64,000 nucleotides of DNA, from positions 268,117 through 332,116 of the forward strand of contig CAVXYE010000004.1 in assembly GCA_963765865.1 (NCBI GenBank), in the 5' to 3' direction. Positions 19,785-28,773 of this stretch are shown here, piece by piece. The notes under the pieces are model-generated. The model had not been told where the DNA came from. It worked only from the letters and a program-made list of their open reading frames with translations, and did no database searches. Numbering within the stretch: the first letter of the stretch is position 1; every line of letters starts with the position of its first letter. The position numbers and the translations under genes are program-made. The stretch comes from an uncultured Actinomycetes bacterium. Lineage in GTDB: Bacteria > Actinomycetota > UBA4738 > HRBIN12.

Positions 19785-20189
19785 ATGCGATCCGAGACGA
19801 TCAGCGTCAACACGCGCGGCCGGCGGGTGAGCGATCTGACCGATCGCGTCCGTGCCTTCGCTCGCGACGCTGGGGGAGACGGCCTCGTCCACGTCTTCGC
19901 GCCGCACGCGACCGCGGGTCTCGCGCTGATGGAAACGGGAAGCGGCTCGGAGGCGGATCTGGACGAGCTCCTCACGAGGCTCGTGCCGCGGGACGACCGA
20001 TACGTCCATCGACACGGGAGCGAGGGTCACGGTGGCGACCACCTGTTCCCCGTGCTCGTCGCGCCGTCGCTCACGGTTCCGGTCCTCGACGGTCAGGTTG
20101 CGCTCGGCACGTGGCAGTCGGTGGTGCTCATCGACCCCAACCGTGACAACGACGTGCGTACCGTGCGGCTCAGCTTCGTGCCCGCGTAG
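19785..20189 (+). CDS. YjbQ/UPF0047 family protein (secondary thiamine-phosphate synthase enzyme family)
   Basis: 134 aa with ...VHVFAPHATAGLALMETGSGSEADL...HGGDHLFPVLVAPSLTVPVLDGQVALGTWQSVVLIDPN... Good GGAGG RBS. Confidence 0.8.
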   Translation: MRSETISVNTRGRRVSDLTDRVRAFARDAGGDGLVHVFAPHATAGLALMETGSGSEADLDELLTRLVPRDDRYVHRHGSEGHGGDHLFPVLVAPSLTVPVLDGQVALGTWQSVVLIDPNRDNDVRTVRLSFVPA

Positions 20190-20198
20190 CGCGAACGG

Positions 20199-20615
20199 CT
20201 ACAGGTACTGTCCCGGCGCGTGGTCCCGCGCGGCGGGCTGGGAGGAAACCGCCTGGACGTCGCGCTCGCGAAGGAGGACCAGCTCCTCGCCGTCGAGCTC
20301 GACCTCCAGTCCGGCGGAGGGGAGGAACAGGACGCGGTCGCCTTCCTTCGCGACCCTGACCTCCGGCCCGACGAGGGTCACGTCGCCCCACGACAGGCGC
20401 TTCGGGGCCGGCATCGCCGTCGCCGGGATGAGCAGACCGGCCGACGTGCGACGTTCGCCGTTCTCCGATGCACGCACCACGAGCCGATCACCGGTGAGCT
20501 TGATCTCCGGTGTCCCCGCGGTCTTCTTGGAACGGGTGCCGCGAGCGCCCCGCGCCGTGGTCGACGCCTTCGGCGCCGCGCTCGCTGCCGTCGCGCGCTC
20601 CTTCGGGGTCGGCAC
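20199..20615 (-). CDS. GroES/Cpn10-family protein with a basic Ala/Lys/Arg-rich N-terminal extension
   Basis: Core IKLTGDRLVVRASENGERRTSAGLLIPATA...GDVTLVGP...GDRVLFLPSAGLEVELDGEELVLLRERDVQAV aligns with GroES. Preceded by a ~37-aa basic tail with high GC3, so it appears coding. Only a GTG start is available. Confidence 0.6.
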   Translation of the reverse strand: MPTPKERATAASAAPKASTTARGARGTRSKKTAGTPEIKLTGDRLVVRASENGERRTSAGLLIPATAMPAPKRLSWGDVTLVGPEVRVAKEGDRVLFLPSAGLEVELDGEELVLLRERDVQAVSSQPAARDHAPGQYL

Positions 20616-20655
20616 GGACCGAGTCTACGAGCCGACCCGCTAGCATGGGCGGCCG

Positions 20656-21519
20656 ATGAGGGCCCGCAAGCTGATCAAGAACGCGGTCGCGGAGCTGAAG
20701 GCGTCCGAAGCGATCGACCATTGGCAGAAGGGTCGGGAGCGGATCGAAGCGGAAGACCTCCTCGCGTTCGTGATGGGCGGGGAGGAGCCCGAGCCCGACG
20801 ACAAGATCGGCGAGGGCGAACGCGCGGAGTACCTGCGGCTGATCGCCCGGCGCGCGACCGGCGAGCCGATCCCCTACATCAAGGGATACACGGAGTTCCG
20901 TGGCCTGAAGCTCATCTCCGAGCCCGGCGTGTTCGTCCCGCGCGATTCGTCCGAGTACCTCGCCGAGCAGGCGGTCAAGCGGCTGCGTGGCCGCCGATCG
21001 CCGATCCTCGTGGACCTCGCGACCGGCGCCGGCACGATCGCGTTGTCCGTCGCGAACGACGTGCCGAAGGCCACGGTCTACGGGACCGACCTGTCCGAGG
21101 ATGCGGTCAAGCTCGCCCGCCGCAACGCCCGGCGGCTGCGACTGAAGGTCCGGTTCGCGGCCGGTGACGTCTTCGGAGGACTCCCCAAGACGATCGCGGG
21201 GAGCGTGGACGTGATCACGGTTCATCCCCCCTACGTCGCGATGGACGAGGTCGACGACCTGCCCGATGAGATCAAGGACTGGGAGCCGGTGCATACGCTC
21301 ACGGATCGCAGCAGCGACGGCCTGGGCTTCGTCCGGCAAACGGTGGAGGAGGGTCCGGCATGGCTCGGCCGGAAGGGGTGGCTCCTCATGGAGACCGACC
21401 CGGACCGTGCGCGCGACGTGAAGAGGGTGATGGCAGACGGCGGGTTCCGGGACGTTCGGAGCACGAAGGGCGGAGACCTGAAGATCACGCGCGTGATCGT
21501 CGGTCGGCGTCCGGTGTGA
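20656..21519 (+). CDS. HemK/PrmC-like protein-glutamine N5-methyltransferase family protein
   Basis: 287 aa, Rossmann ...LVDLATGAGTIALS... and the (N/H)PPY motif as ...VITVHPPYVA... Confidence 0.75.
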   Translation: MRARKLIKNAVAELKASEAIDHWQKGRERIEAEDLLAFVMGGEEPEPDDKIGEGERAEYLRLIARRATGEPIPYIKGYTEFRGLKLISEPGVFVPRDSSEYLAEQAVKRLRGRRSPILVDLATGAGTIALSVANDVPKATVYGTDLSEDAVKLARRNARRLRLKVRFAAGDVFGGLPKTIAGSVDVITVHPPYVAMDEVDDLPDEIKDWEPVHTLTDRSSDGLGFVRQTVEEGPAWLGRKGWLLMETDPDRARDVKRVMADGGFRDVRSTKGGDLKITRVIVGRRPV

Positions 21520-23480
21520 CCGACCCCCGCGTCGCCCCGTACGGCAGCTGGTCCTCGCCCGTCACGCCGGCGATGCTCGCGAGCTCGTCGATCCGGCTGG
21601 GGGCCACGTCGTTCGACGACGGACTCGTGTATTGGACCGAGACGCGTCCGAAGGAGGATGGACGCGTCGCGCTCGTGCGTGCGGATGCGTTCTCCTCGCC
21701 CGCGGAGGTCCTCCCGGCCGCGACGAACGTCCGAACGCGTGTGCATGAATACGGCGGCGGCGCCTTCGCCGTCCACCGGGGCACGATCTACTTCTCCGAG
21801 TTCACCGACCAACGGCTCTACCGCCACGTGCCGGGAAGCGGTGAGCCGGTCCCGATCACGCCGGAGACCGGCGGCACGCACCGTTTCGCCGACGGCCGCG
21901 TGACGTCCGACGGCTCGACGTGGATCGGCGTCCGTGAACGACACGCCGGCGAACGCGTCCCGCAGGACGTCACGAACGAACTGGTCGCCATCCGGACCGA
22001 CGGGTCGGGGGAGCCACGGGTGATCGCCTCGGGGCGGGACTTCTACTCCGATCCCCGGATCGCCCCGGACGGCGCGAGCGTCTGCTGGCTGTCGTGGGAT
22101 CTGCCCTGGATGCCGTGGGACGGATGCGAGCTGCACGAAGCGGCGCTCGCGCCCGACGGCTCGCTCGGCGAGCCCAGGACCGTCGCCGGGCGCGACGGCG
22201 AGGAGTCGATCTGGCAGCCGTCGTGGAGCCCGGCGGGCGAGCTGTACTGGGTGAGCGATCGGAGCGGCTGGTGGAACCTGGAGCGGGAGCGCGCGGGCAT
22301 ACGGGAGACCGTGTGCCCGCGCGACGCCGAGTTCGGGTGGCCGCATTGGATCTTCGGCGGGTCGTCGTACGCGTTCCTCGGTGACGGAAGGATCGCCTGC
22401 CACTACGGCAGCGGGGGTGTGCAGCACACCGCCCTGCTCGATCCGTCGACGGGCGAGCTCGTCGACCTGGACATCCCGCACACCGCGGTGAGCTATCCCT
22501 CGCTCGTGGCGGAGGGTTCGCAGATCGCGTTCATCGCCGGGGGGCCCGCTCTTCCGGAACAGGTGGTGTTGCTCGACTTCACGAGCCGGGCCGTCGACGT
22601 GCTCCGAGAGAGCGCCAGCACGGAGGTGGATCCGGCGGTGTTCTCGATCCCCCGACAGCTCGAGTTCCCGACGGACGGTGGCCTCACCGCCTTCGCCCAC
22701 GTCTACCCGCCCACGAATCCGGGGTTCCGGGCACCCGAGGGAGAGCGGCCGCCGCTGATCGTGATCAGCCACGGCGGTCCGACGTCGGAATCGACGCCCT
22801 CGTTCTCGCTCCAGACGCAGTTCTGGACCAGCCGCGGGTTCGCGGTGGTCGACGTGAACTACGGGGGCAGCACGGGGTACGGCCGCGCGTACCGGCAGCG
22901 GCTGAACGGAACGTGGGGGATCCTGGACACCGCGGACTGCATCAACGCCGCGCGTCACCTCGCGGAGCAGGGTGCGGCCGACGGTGATCGGCTCCTGATC
23001 CGAGGCGGGTCGGCCGGCGGGTACACGACGCTCTGTGCGCTGGTGTTCCACGACGACTTCGCCGCCGGCGCCAGCTACTACGGGCTCGCCGACCTCGTTC
23101 CGTTCGTCGAAGGAGGCACGCACAAGTTCGAGTGCGAGTACCTCTACACGCTGGTCGGCCCCTACCCCGAGGAGGCCGAGCGCTACCGGGCGAGGAGTCC
23201 CATCAACTTCGTCGACGATCTGCGGACACCGATGCTCGTCCTCCAAGGCGCGGAGGACGCGGTCGTCCCGCCGGCGCAAGCGGAGCTGATCGTGGAGGCG
23301 CTGGAGCGCAAGCGCCTGCCCTACGCGTACCTGTTGTTCGAAGGAGAGCAGCACGGGTTCCGGAAGGCGGACTCGATCATCCGCGCGCACGAGGGCGAGC
23401 TCTCGTTCTACGCGCAGATCCTTGGCTTCGGACCGGGCGATCCGGTCCCGCGGTTGGCGATCGAGAACCTCCCGGCCTGA
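21516..23480 (+). CDS. S9-family serine peptidase (beta-propeller plus alpha/beta-hydrolase)
   Basis: GTG start overlapping the upstream stop (GTGA). Nucleophile motif GGSAGGYTT; C-terminal ...VLQGAEDAVVP...EGEQHGF... Confidence 0.8.
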   Translation: MTDPRVAPYGSWSSPVTPAMLASSSIRLGATSFDDGLVYWTETRPKEDGRVALVRADAFSSPAEVLPAATNVRTRVHEYGGGAFAVHRGTIYFSEFTDQRLYRHVPGSGEPVPITPETGGTHRFADGRVTSDGSTWIGVRERHAGERVPQDVTNELVAIRTDGSGEPRVIASGRDFYSDPRIAPDGASVCWLSWDLPWMPWDGCELHEAALAPDGSLGEPRTVAGRDGEESIWQPSWSPAGELYWVSDRSGWWNLERERAGIRETVCPRDAEFGWPHWIFGGSSYAFLGDGRIACHYGSGGVQHTALLDPSTGELVDLDIPHTAVSYPSLVAEGSQIAFIAGGPALPEQVVLLDFTSRAVDVLRESASTEVDPAVFSIPRQLEFPTDGGLTAFAHVYPPTNPGFRAPEGERPPLIVISHGGPTSESTPSFSLQTQFWTSRGFAVVDVNYGGSTGYGRAYRQRLNGTWGILDTADCINAARHLAEQGAADGDRLLIRGGSAGGYTTLCALVFHDDFAAGASYYGLADLVPFVEGGTHKFECEYLYTLVGPYPEEAERYRARSPINFVDDLRTPMLVLQGAEDAVVPPAQAELIVEALERKRLPYAYLLFEGEQHGFRKADSIIRAHEGELSFYAQILGFGPGDPVPRLAIENLPA

Positions 23481-23498
23481 GGCCCGGGACCTCGAGCC

Positions 23499-24515
23499 TC
23501 AGCCGCCGATCATGGACATCGAGCGTTCCGGCTGGACGAAGTCCGCGTGGTTGATCCGGTGCCCCGACCACTTCGCCCAGACGCCGTCGCGGATCGATCC
23601 CGCGAGCTCCTCGTCGGAGGCGCCGGCGCGCAGAGGCGAGCGCAGATCGGTCTCGTCCATCGCGAACAGACAGCTGCGGAACGCGCCCTCGGCCGTCAGC
23701 CGGAGCCGGTTGCACGTGTCGCAGAAGGGCTCCGTCACGCTCGCGATCACACCGACCGCGCCCGGCGCCCCGTCGGCGAACCGGTAGGTCGTCGCCGGCT
23801 CGATGCCACGGTTCGCGCCCTCGAGTGGATACGTCCGGTCGATCGCCTCCAAGATCCGTGCCGCCGGGACGACCTTCGACCGCTCCCATGCATGCTCGGC
23901 ATCGAGCGGCATGTATTCGATGAACCGAACCTCGTAGCCGGTATCGCGCGCCCACCGGGCGAAGTCGACGACTTCATCGTCATTGGTCCCTGCGATCACG
24001 ACGGTGTTGATCTTGATGGGGGTGAGCCCGGCCGCCTCGGCCGCCGCGAGTCCCGCGAGGACGCGATCGAGCGCGTCACGACGCGTCATCTCGGCGAACC
24101 GGTGGCGAAGGAGCGAGTCGCACGAGACGGTCGCGCGGTCGACGCCGGCCTCCGCCAGCGGCGCAGCCAACCGGTCCAGGAGGAGGCCGTTCGTCGTGAT
24201 GGAGATGTCGAGCTCCGGGCCGGCCTGTCGGAACATCCGGATCAGGTTCGGCAGGTCCGCGCGGACGGTCGGCTCCCCGCCGGTGACCTTCAGCGAGCGC
24301 ACACCCAGCCCGACGAAGATCCCGAGGAGCCTGGTCAGCTCCTCGAAGGTGAGCAGCTCCGATCGCGGCAGCCAGGCCAGCCCCTCGGCCGGCATGCAGT
24401 ACGTGCACCGGAAGTTGCAGCGGTCGGTCACCGAGATCCGCAGGTCGTCGGCGACGCGACCGAAGGTGTCGATCAGCGGGCCGTCGAGGGGTCGGGTCGT
24501 GGTTGCGGCGTCCAT
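23499..24515 (-). CDS. moaA: GTP 3',8-cyclase (molybdenum cofactor biosynthesis radical SAM enzyme)
   Basis: 338 aa. N-terminal CNFRCTYC radical-SAM cluster motif and C-terminal CDTCNRLRLTAEG second cluster motif. Confidence 0.9.
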   Translation of the reverse strand: MDAATTTRPLDGPLIDTFGRVADDLRISVTDRCNFRCTYCMPAEGLAWLPRSELLTFEELTRLLGIFVGLGVRSLKVTGGEPTVRADLPNLIRMFRQAGPELDISITTNGLLLDRLAAPLAEAGVDRATVSCDSLLRHRFAEMTRRDALDRVLAGLAAAEAAGLTPIKINTVVIAGTNDDEVVDFARWARDTGYEVRFIEYMPLDAEHAWERSKVVPAARILEAIDRTYPLEGANRGIEPATTYRFADGAPGAVGVIASVTEPFCDTCNRLRLTAEGAFRSCLFAMDETDLRSPLRAGASDEELAGSIRDGVWAKWSGHRINHADFVQPERSMSMIGG

Positions 24516-24530
24516 AGGCAGATGACCAGC

Positions 24531-24800
24531 CTACCCCGTGTCCCCGGAACCCTCCTCGGCCGGTCCCGCGGGCAGGGTCGCCTCGAGGGCAGCGAGCGCC
24601 GAGGTCAGCGCCTCCTGGCGGGACGCACCCGCGCTGACCCGGCGTTCGACGTTCATGCCGAGGAGGAACGTCGAGACCGGGGTGATCTTCCGCTCGACCC
24701 CGTGCGCGACGTCCCGTGCAGCGTCCAGCACGGCGACGATCTCCTGGTTCGTGGGGGCATCCAGCTCGAACGTCTGCGCGAGTCGGTCGAGCCATTCCAT
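24531..24800 (-). CDS. small conserved protein (DUF6457-like), co-oriented with moaA
   Basis: 89 aa immediately upstream of moaA on the same strand. Family assignment is tentative. Confidence 0.45.
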   Translation of the reverse strand: MEWLDRLAQTFELDAPTNQEIVAVLDAARDVAHGVERKITPVSTFLLGMNVERRVSAGASRQEALTSALAALEATLPAGPAEEGSGDTG

Positions 24801-24903
24801 GCGAGCTCCTCCTCACGTGCCGCGCCGTTGAGCGGCGTGGGTTGCACCCTACCCACTGCGGCCGTTCGTCAGTGCTCGTCCGACCTGCTATCCCTACCTG
24901 GTC

Positions 24904-25344
24904 ATGCGGGTGCTGATCCTCTACGAGACGCGGCGAGGCTTCACCCTCACCGTCGCGCGCGCGATCCGCGACGAGCTCCAACGTCGCGGGGTCCTGGCGA
25001 CCACGGCGGCTCTCCGCGACGTCGATCACGGCACCGTGGCGGCGGCCGACGCGCTGATCGTGGGGACCTGGGTCAAAGGCGCGATCGTGGCCGGCGTGGG
25101 TCCGGCGCGCGGCGTCGAGGAAGCCATCGCCCGTCTCCCCTCGCTCGACGGGAGACGGGCGGCCGTGTTCTGCACCTGCGACGTGGCTCCCCGGAGGACG
25201 CTCGATCTCCTCGCGACGTGGCTACGCCGTCAAGGCGCCGAGGTCACCGTCGGCGAGACGTTCAAACGGAAGAAGAGCCTCCGACAGGCCCCCCGGTTCG
25301 TGGACGTCGTGCTCGAGGCGTTCGCGCGCGTTCCAACCGCCTGA
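24904..25344 (+). CDS. flavodoxin-like fold protein
   Basis: 146 aa, MRVLILYETRRGFT... and ...ALIVGTWV... pattern of flavodoxin-like proteins. Confidence 0.6.
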   Translation: MRVLILYETRRGFTLTVARAIRDELQRRGVLATTAALRDVDHGTVAAADALIVGTWVKGAIVAGVGPARGVEEAIARLPSLDGRRAAVFCTCDVAPRRTLDLLATWLRRQGAEVTVGETFKRKKSLRQAPRFVDVVLEAFARVPTA

Positions 25345-25382
25345 GCGCGCGCGAACCGCGACACGGATGCGAGGATGTGCCC

Positions 25383-26612
25383 ATGGTCGATCGAGCGGTC
25401 GCAGCCGTGCTCACGGTCTCGGACGGCGTCAGCGACGGCACGCGCGCCGACGAGTCCGGGGACGTCGCCGAGGGGATCCTTCGCGAGGCCGGGTTCGACG
25501 TGGGCAGCCGGGCACTGGTCCCCGACGATCGTGGACGGATCGAAGCGATCCTCCGAGAGCTCGCCGGGACCCACGCGCTCGTCGTGACGACCGGCGGGAC
25601 GGGGTTCGGCCCTCGCGACGTGACGCCGGAGGCGACGCGCGCGGTGATCGATCGGGAGGCGCCCGGTCTCGCCGAGGTGATGCGCGCCGCCGGGCTCGCG
25701 AAGACGCCGATGGCGTCCCTCTCGCGGGCCGTCGCCGGCTCGATCGGCGGGACGTTGGTGCTCAACCTCCCGGGGAGCCCGAAGGGCGTTCGCGAGTCGC
25801 TCGACGCGGTCCTGCCGGTGCTGCCGCACGCGATCGAGCTGTTGGGTGGGGTGACCGGCGCGCATCCGACGGGTCACGGCGAGGCGCGCGATCCGGCGGG
25901 TCACGGCGAGTCATCGGCAGGCGACCGGGTCGAGGTGCGGGCCATCAAGGTCGTCGAGGGCGATCCGCCGTGCCGCGTGGGGATGCACATGACGATCGAA
26001 CCCGGCGGGCCGGTCCACGGCACGCTGGGGTGCGCCGAGTTCGACGAGCAGGCCGTGGAAGCGGCGGCCGAGGTCTGGGAGGCGGGTGAGCCCGCGACGC
26101 GGGTGCTGCACCACGACATCGGGGACATCGAGGTGTTCGTCGAGCCTCACCGGCGCGCACCCCGGCTCGTCGTCGTGTCGGCCACCGACGTCGCCCGCGC
26201 CCTTCGAGCGCACCTCCGTCTCGTCGGCTACCACGCGGTGATCGTCGAGCCGCGCGCCGAGCGGCTCGTCGCGTCGGATGAACCGCACGTCGGCGCGATC
26301 GAAGAGCTGGAGCTCGGAACGAACGACGTCGTCGTCCTGACGGATCACGACGCGCCGTACGCGGCGACGGTGCTCGCCGCCGCCGCGCGTTCCCCCGCTC
26401 GGTTCGTCGGGATGATGAGCTCGCGCCGTCACGTCGTCCGTCACCTCGACGCGCTCCGAGCGCTCGGTCTCTCGGAGGAAGAGGTCGCTCGCGTCCACGC
26501 GCCGGTCGGGCTCGACATCGGGGGTCGCAGCGCGGACGAGATCGCGCTGTCGATCGCGGCCGGGATCGTCGCAGACGATCACGGCCGCGACGGCGGGTGG
26601 CTGGACCGATGA
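25383..26612 (+). CDS. MogA/MoaB-type molybdopterin adenylyltransferase domain fused to an XdhC/CoxI-family domain
   Basis: N-terminal ...LTVSDGVSDGTRADESGDVAEGI...VVTTGGTGFGPRDVTPEAT... (MoCF_biosynth). C-terminal ...PPCRVGMHMTIEPGG...PRLVVVSATDVARAL...VGYHAVIVEPR... (XdhC_CoxI plus XdhC_C). ATG at 25383 follows a GAGGA RBS. The 1021-aa track ORF is an over-extension. Confidence 0.7.
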   Translation: MVDRAVAAVLTVSDGVSDGTRADESGDVAEGILREAGFDVGSRALVPDDRGRIEAILRELAGTHALVVTTGGTGFGPRDVTPEATRAVIDREAPGLAEVMRAAGLAKTPMASLSRAVAGSIGGTLVLNLPGSPKGVRESLDAVLPVLPHAIELLGGVTGAHPTGHGEARDPAGHGESSAGDRVEVRAIKVVEGDPPCRVGMHMTIEPGGPVHGTLGCAEFDEQAVEAAAEVWEAGEPATRVLHHDIGDIEVFVEPHRRAPRLVVVSATDVARALRAHLRLVGYHAVIVEPRAERLVASDEPHVGAIEELELGTNDVVVLTDHDAPYAATVLAAAARSPARFVGMMSSRRHVVRHLDALRALGLSEEEVARVHAPVGLDIGGRSADEIALSIAAGIVADDHGRDGGWLDR

Positions 26613-27378
26613 GCCGGGATGACGTCCGCACGAACCTCGCGTCATGGGAGGCCGACAGCGAGGCATACCAGCAGCGCCATCGACCGGACCTGAACCGATG
26701 GGACGTGCTTGCCTGGGGCGTCAGCAACCTTCCAGAAGATGAGATCCAGGCGCTGGGAGACGTCTCGGGTCTCCGCGCGCTGGAGCTCGGCTGTGGCGCG
26801 TGCCAGTTCGGCATCAAGGTCGCGATGCGCGGCGCTCGCGTTACGGGCTTGGACTTCAGCGCGAACCAGCTCCGTGCCGCCGGTCCGAACTTCGATGAGA
26901 CCGGCATCCGGTTCCCGCTGGTCCGGGGGAGCGCGGAGGAACTCCCGTTCGCCGATGCCAGCTTCGACCTGCTCTTCTGCGACCACGGCGCCATGACGTT
27001 CGCCGATCCGCACGTGACCGTGCCCGAGGCCTCGCGCGTGCTGCGTCCAGGGGGGCGGCTCGTGTTCAACATGTCCACCCCGATCATCTGGATGTGCTGG
27101 CCACCCGGGGAGGAGCCACCCGGGCGCGAGCTCCTTCGGCCGTACTTCGGGATGGGACGCATGGTGTGGTCCGAGACCGATCCCGGGGTCGAGTGGCAGC
27201 TCACCTATGGAGCATGGATAGGGTTGTTCCGGTCGTCGGGCTTCGTGATCGAAGATCTGATCGAACTCCGACCCGGCCTGGAGGTCGAGACGACCTATGA
27301 CGGAGTTCGCGCCGGTCGGATTGGCTACGCGACTTCCCGGGCGAGCACATCTGGAAGGTGCGGAAGGAGCCCTTCTGA
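26597..27378 (+). pseudogene. class I SAM-dependent methyltransferase, probable frameshift at 3' end (~27300)
   Basis: Methyltransf_11-like core (LELGCGACQFG...VLRPGGRLVF) in frame 2. The listed frame then runs 540 aa through the sulfatase in a low-GC3 frame. A short high-GC3 frame ...DWLRDFPGEHIWKVRKEPF* ending at 27378 looks like the true C-terminus. Confidence 0.45.
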
Positions 27379-28763
27379 GGCGCGCGCTGGCCCTCGTGCT
27401 GGCGATCGGAACGCTCACGGTCGCCGCGGGGGCGGGCGCCCGCGAGCGGGCGCCCGCCCCCGACCCTCGCCCGAACATCCTGGTCGTCCTGACGGACGAC
27501 CAGACCCTCGACACGTTGCCGACGGAGCCACCGGCCATGCCGTGGCTCCAATCCCAGCTGCAGGACCCGAACGGCCATTGGGTGTGGTTCCCGAACGCGA
27601 TCGCGTCGACCCCGCTCTGCTGTCCCTCCCGCGCGACGATCCTCACCGGTCAGTTCGACACGCGAACGCACGTCCGCGACAACAACGGCGGCCCTTCGCT
27701 CGACGACACCAACACGCTCCCCGTGTGGTTGCACCGAGCCGGGTACACGACCGCGTTGGTGGGGAAGTACCTCAACTTCTACCCATGGGGTCGCGCGCCG
27801 TTCGTTCCCCCCGGCTGGGATCGCTGGTTCGCGAAGGAGAACGCGAACGAGTCGACGTCGTACTACGACTACGACGTCGTCGACGGAGGGTACGTCCGGC
27901 ACTACGGTGCGACCTCCTCCGCGTATGCCACCGACGTCCTCGCCGGTGCCGCCGACGCGTTCGTGCGCGGTGCGCCGACCGACCGTCCCTGGTTCCTCTA
28001 CTTCGCGCCGAACGCGCCGCACACGCCGTGGATCCCGGCGGACCGCTACCGCGACGCATCGGCGGGCGTTTCCCCACCGATGCCGTCGCTCGCCCAGATG
28101 AACGACGTGCGGGGCAAGCCGGGCTACGTCACCTCGCGCCCGCCGCTGACGGCCCCTCAGGTGGAGGCGTTCCGCCAAGACGATCTCCGCGAGCGGGCGA
28201 TGCTGCGATCGGTGGATGACGCGATCCGCTCGCTGGTCGACGCGGTCGCCGCCCGGGGCGAGCTCGATCGGACCGTGATCGTGTTCCTCACCGACAACGG
28301 GTACGAGTTCGGACTGCATCGTCTGGAGGGCAAGCGCTATCCGTACGAGCCGTCGATCGGGCTCCCGTTCGCGATCCGAGCGCCGTGGTCGGTCGCTCGG
28401 ACCGACCCGACCCTCGTCGCCAACGTCGATCTCGCCTCGACGATCTCCGAGCTCGCGCAGGTTCGGCCGGAGCTCCCCCAGGACGGCATCAGCCTGGTGC
28501 CGGCGCTGGAAGGCCGGCCCATCGCTGCACGACCGGGGGTCTGGCTCGACTGGGGTGGAGACGAGAACGTGCCGGCGTGGTCCGGCGTCCGGACGGCCGC
28601 CTACACCTACGTTCGGAACGCCGACGGAACCGAGGAGCTCTACCGCAACGCCGATGACCCACTGCAGCTCCGGAACCTGGCCTCGGATCCGCGGGAGCGC
28701 GCGGTCCTGGATCGATTGGAACGACTGACCGATTCCCTCGCTGCGCCGGAGGGCGGCCGGTAG
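27297..28763 (+). CDS. sulfatase (arylsulfatase family), secreted (Tat-like RRALAL signal)
   Basis: Formylglycine motif CCPSRATILTG plus ...NILVVLTDDQ..., ...FAPNAPHTPW... The exact start is uncertain and may be downstream of 27378. Confidence 0.8.
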   Translation: MTEFAPVGLATRLPGRAHLEGAEGALLRRALALVLAIGTLTVAAGAGARERAPAPDPRPNILVVLTDDQTLDTLPTEPPAMPWLQSQLQDPNGHWVWFPNAIASTPLCCPSRATILTGQFDTRTHVRDNNGGPSLDDTNTLPVWLHRAGYTTALVGKYLNFYPWGRAPFVPPGWDRWFAKENANESTSYYDYDVVDGGYVRHYGATSSAYATDVLAGAADAFVRGAPTDRPWFLYFAPNAPHTPWIPADRYRDASAGVSPPMPSLAQMNDVRGKPGYVTSRPPLTAPQVEAFRQDDLRERAMLRSVDDAIRSLVDAVAARGELDRTVIVFLTDNGYEFGLHRLEGKRYPYEPSIGLPFAIRAPWSVARTDPTLVANVDLASTISELAQVRPELPQDGISLVPALEGRPIAARPGVWLDWGGDENVPAWSGVRTAAYTYVRNADGTEELYRNADDPLQLRNLASDPRERAVLDRLERLTDSLAAPEGGR

Positions 28764-28773
28764 ACTCCGCGCG

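Noticed and set aside
20199-20615. Possibility that the GroES-like N-terminal tail is a mis-called start
   Set aside because: Not fully rejected. No in-frame ATG/GTG/TTG exists between 20615 and the GroES core, and GC3 is coding-like throughout, so the extension is retained but flagged.
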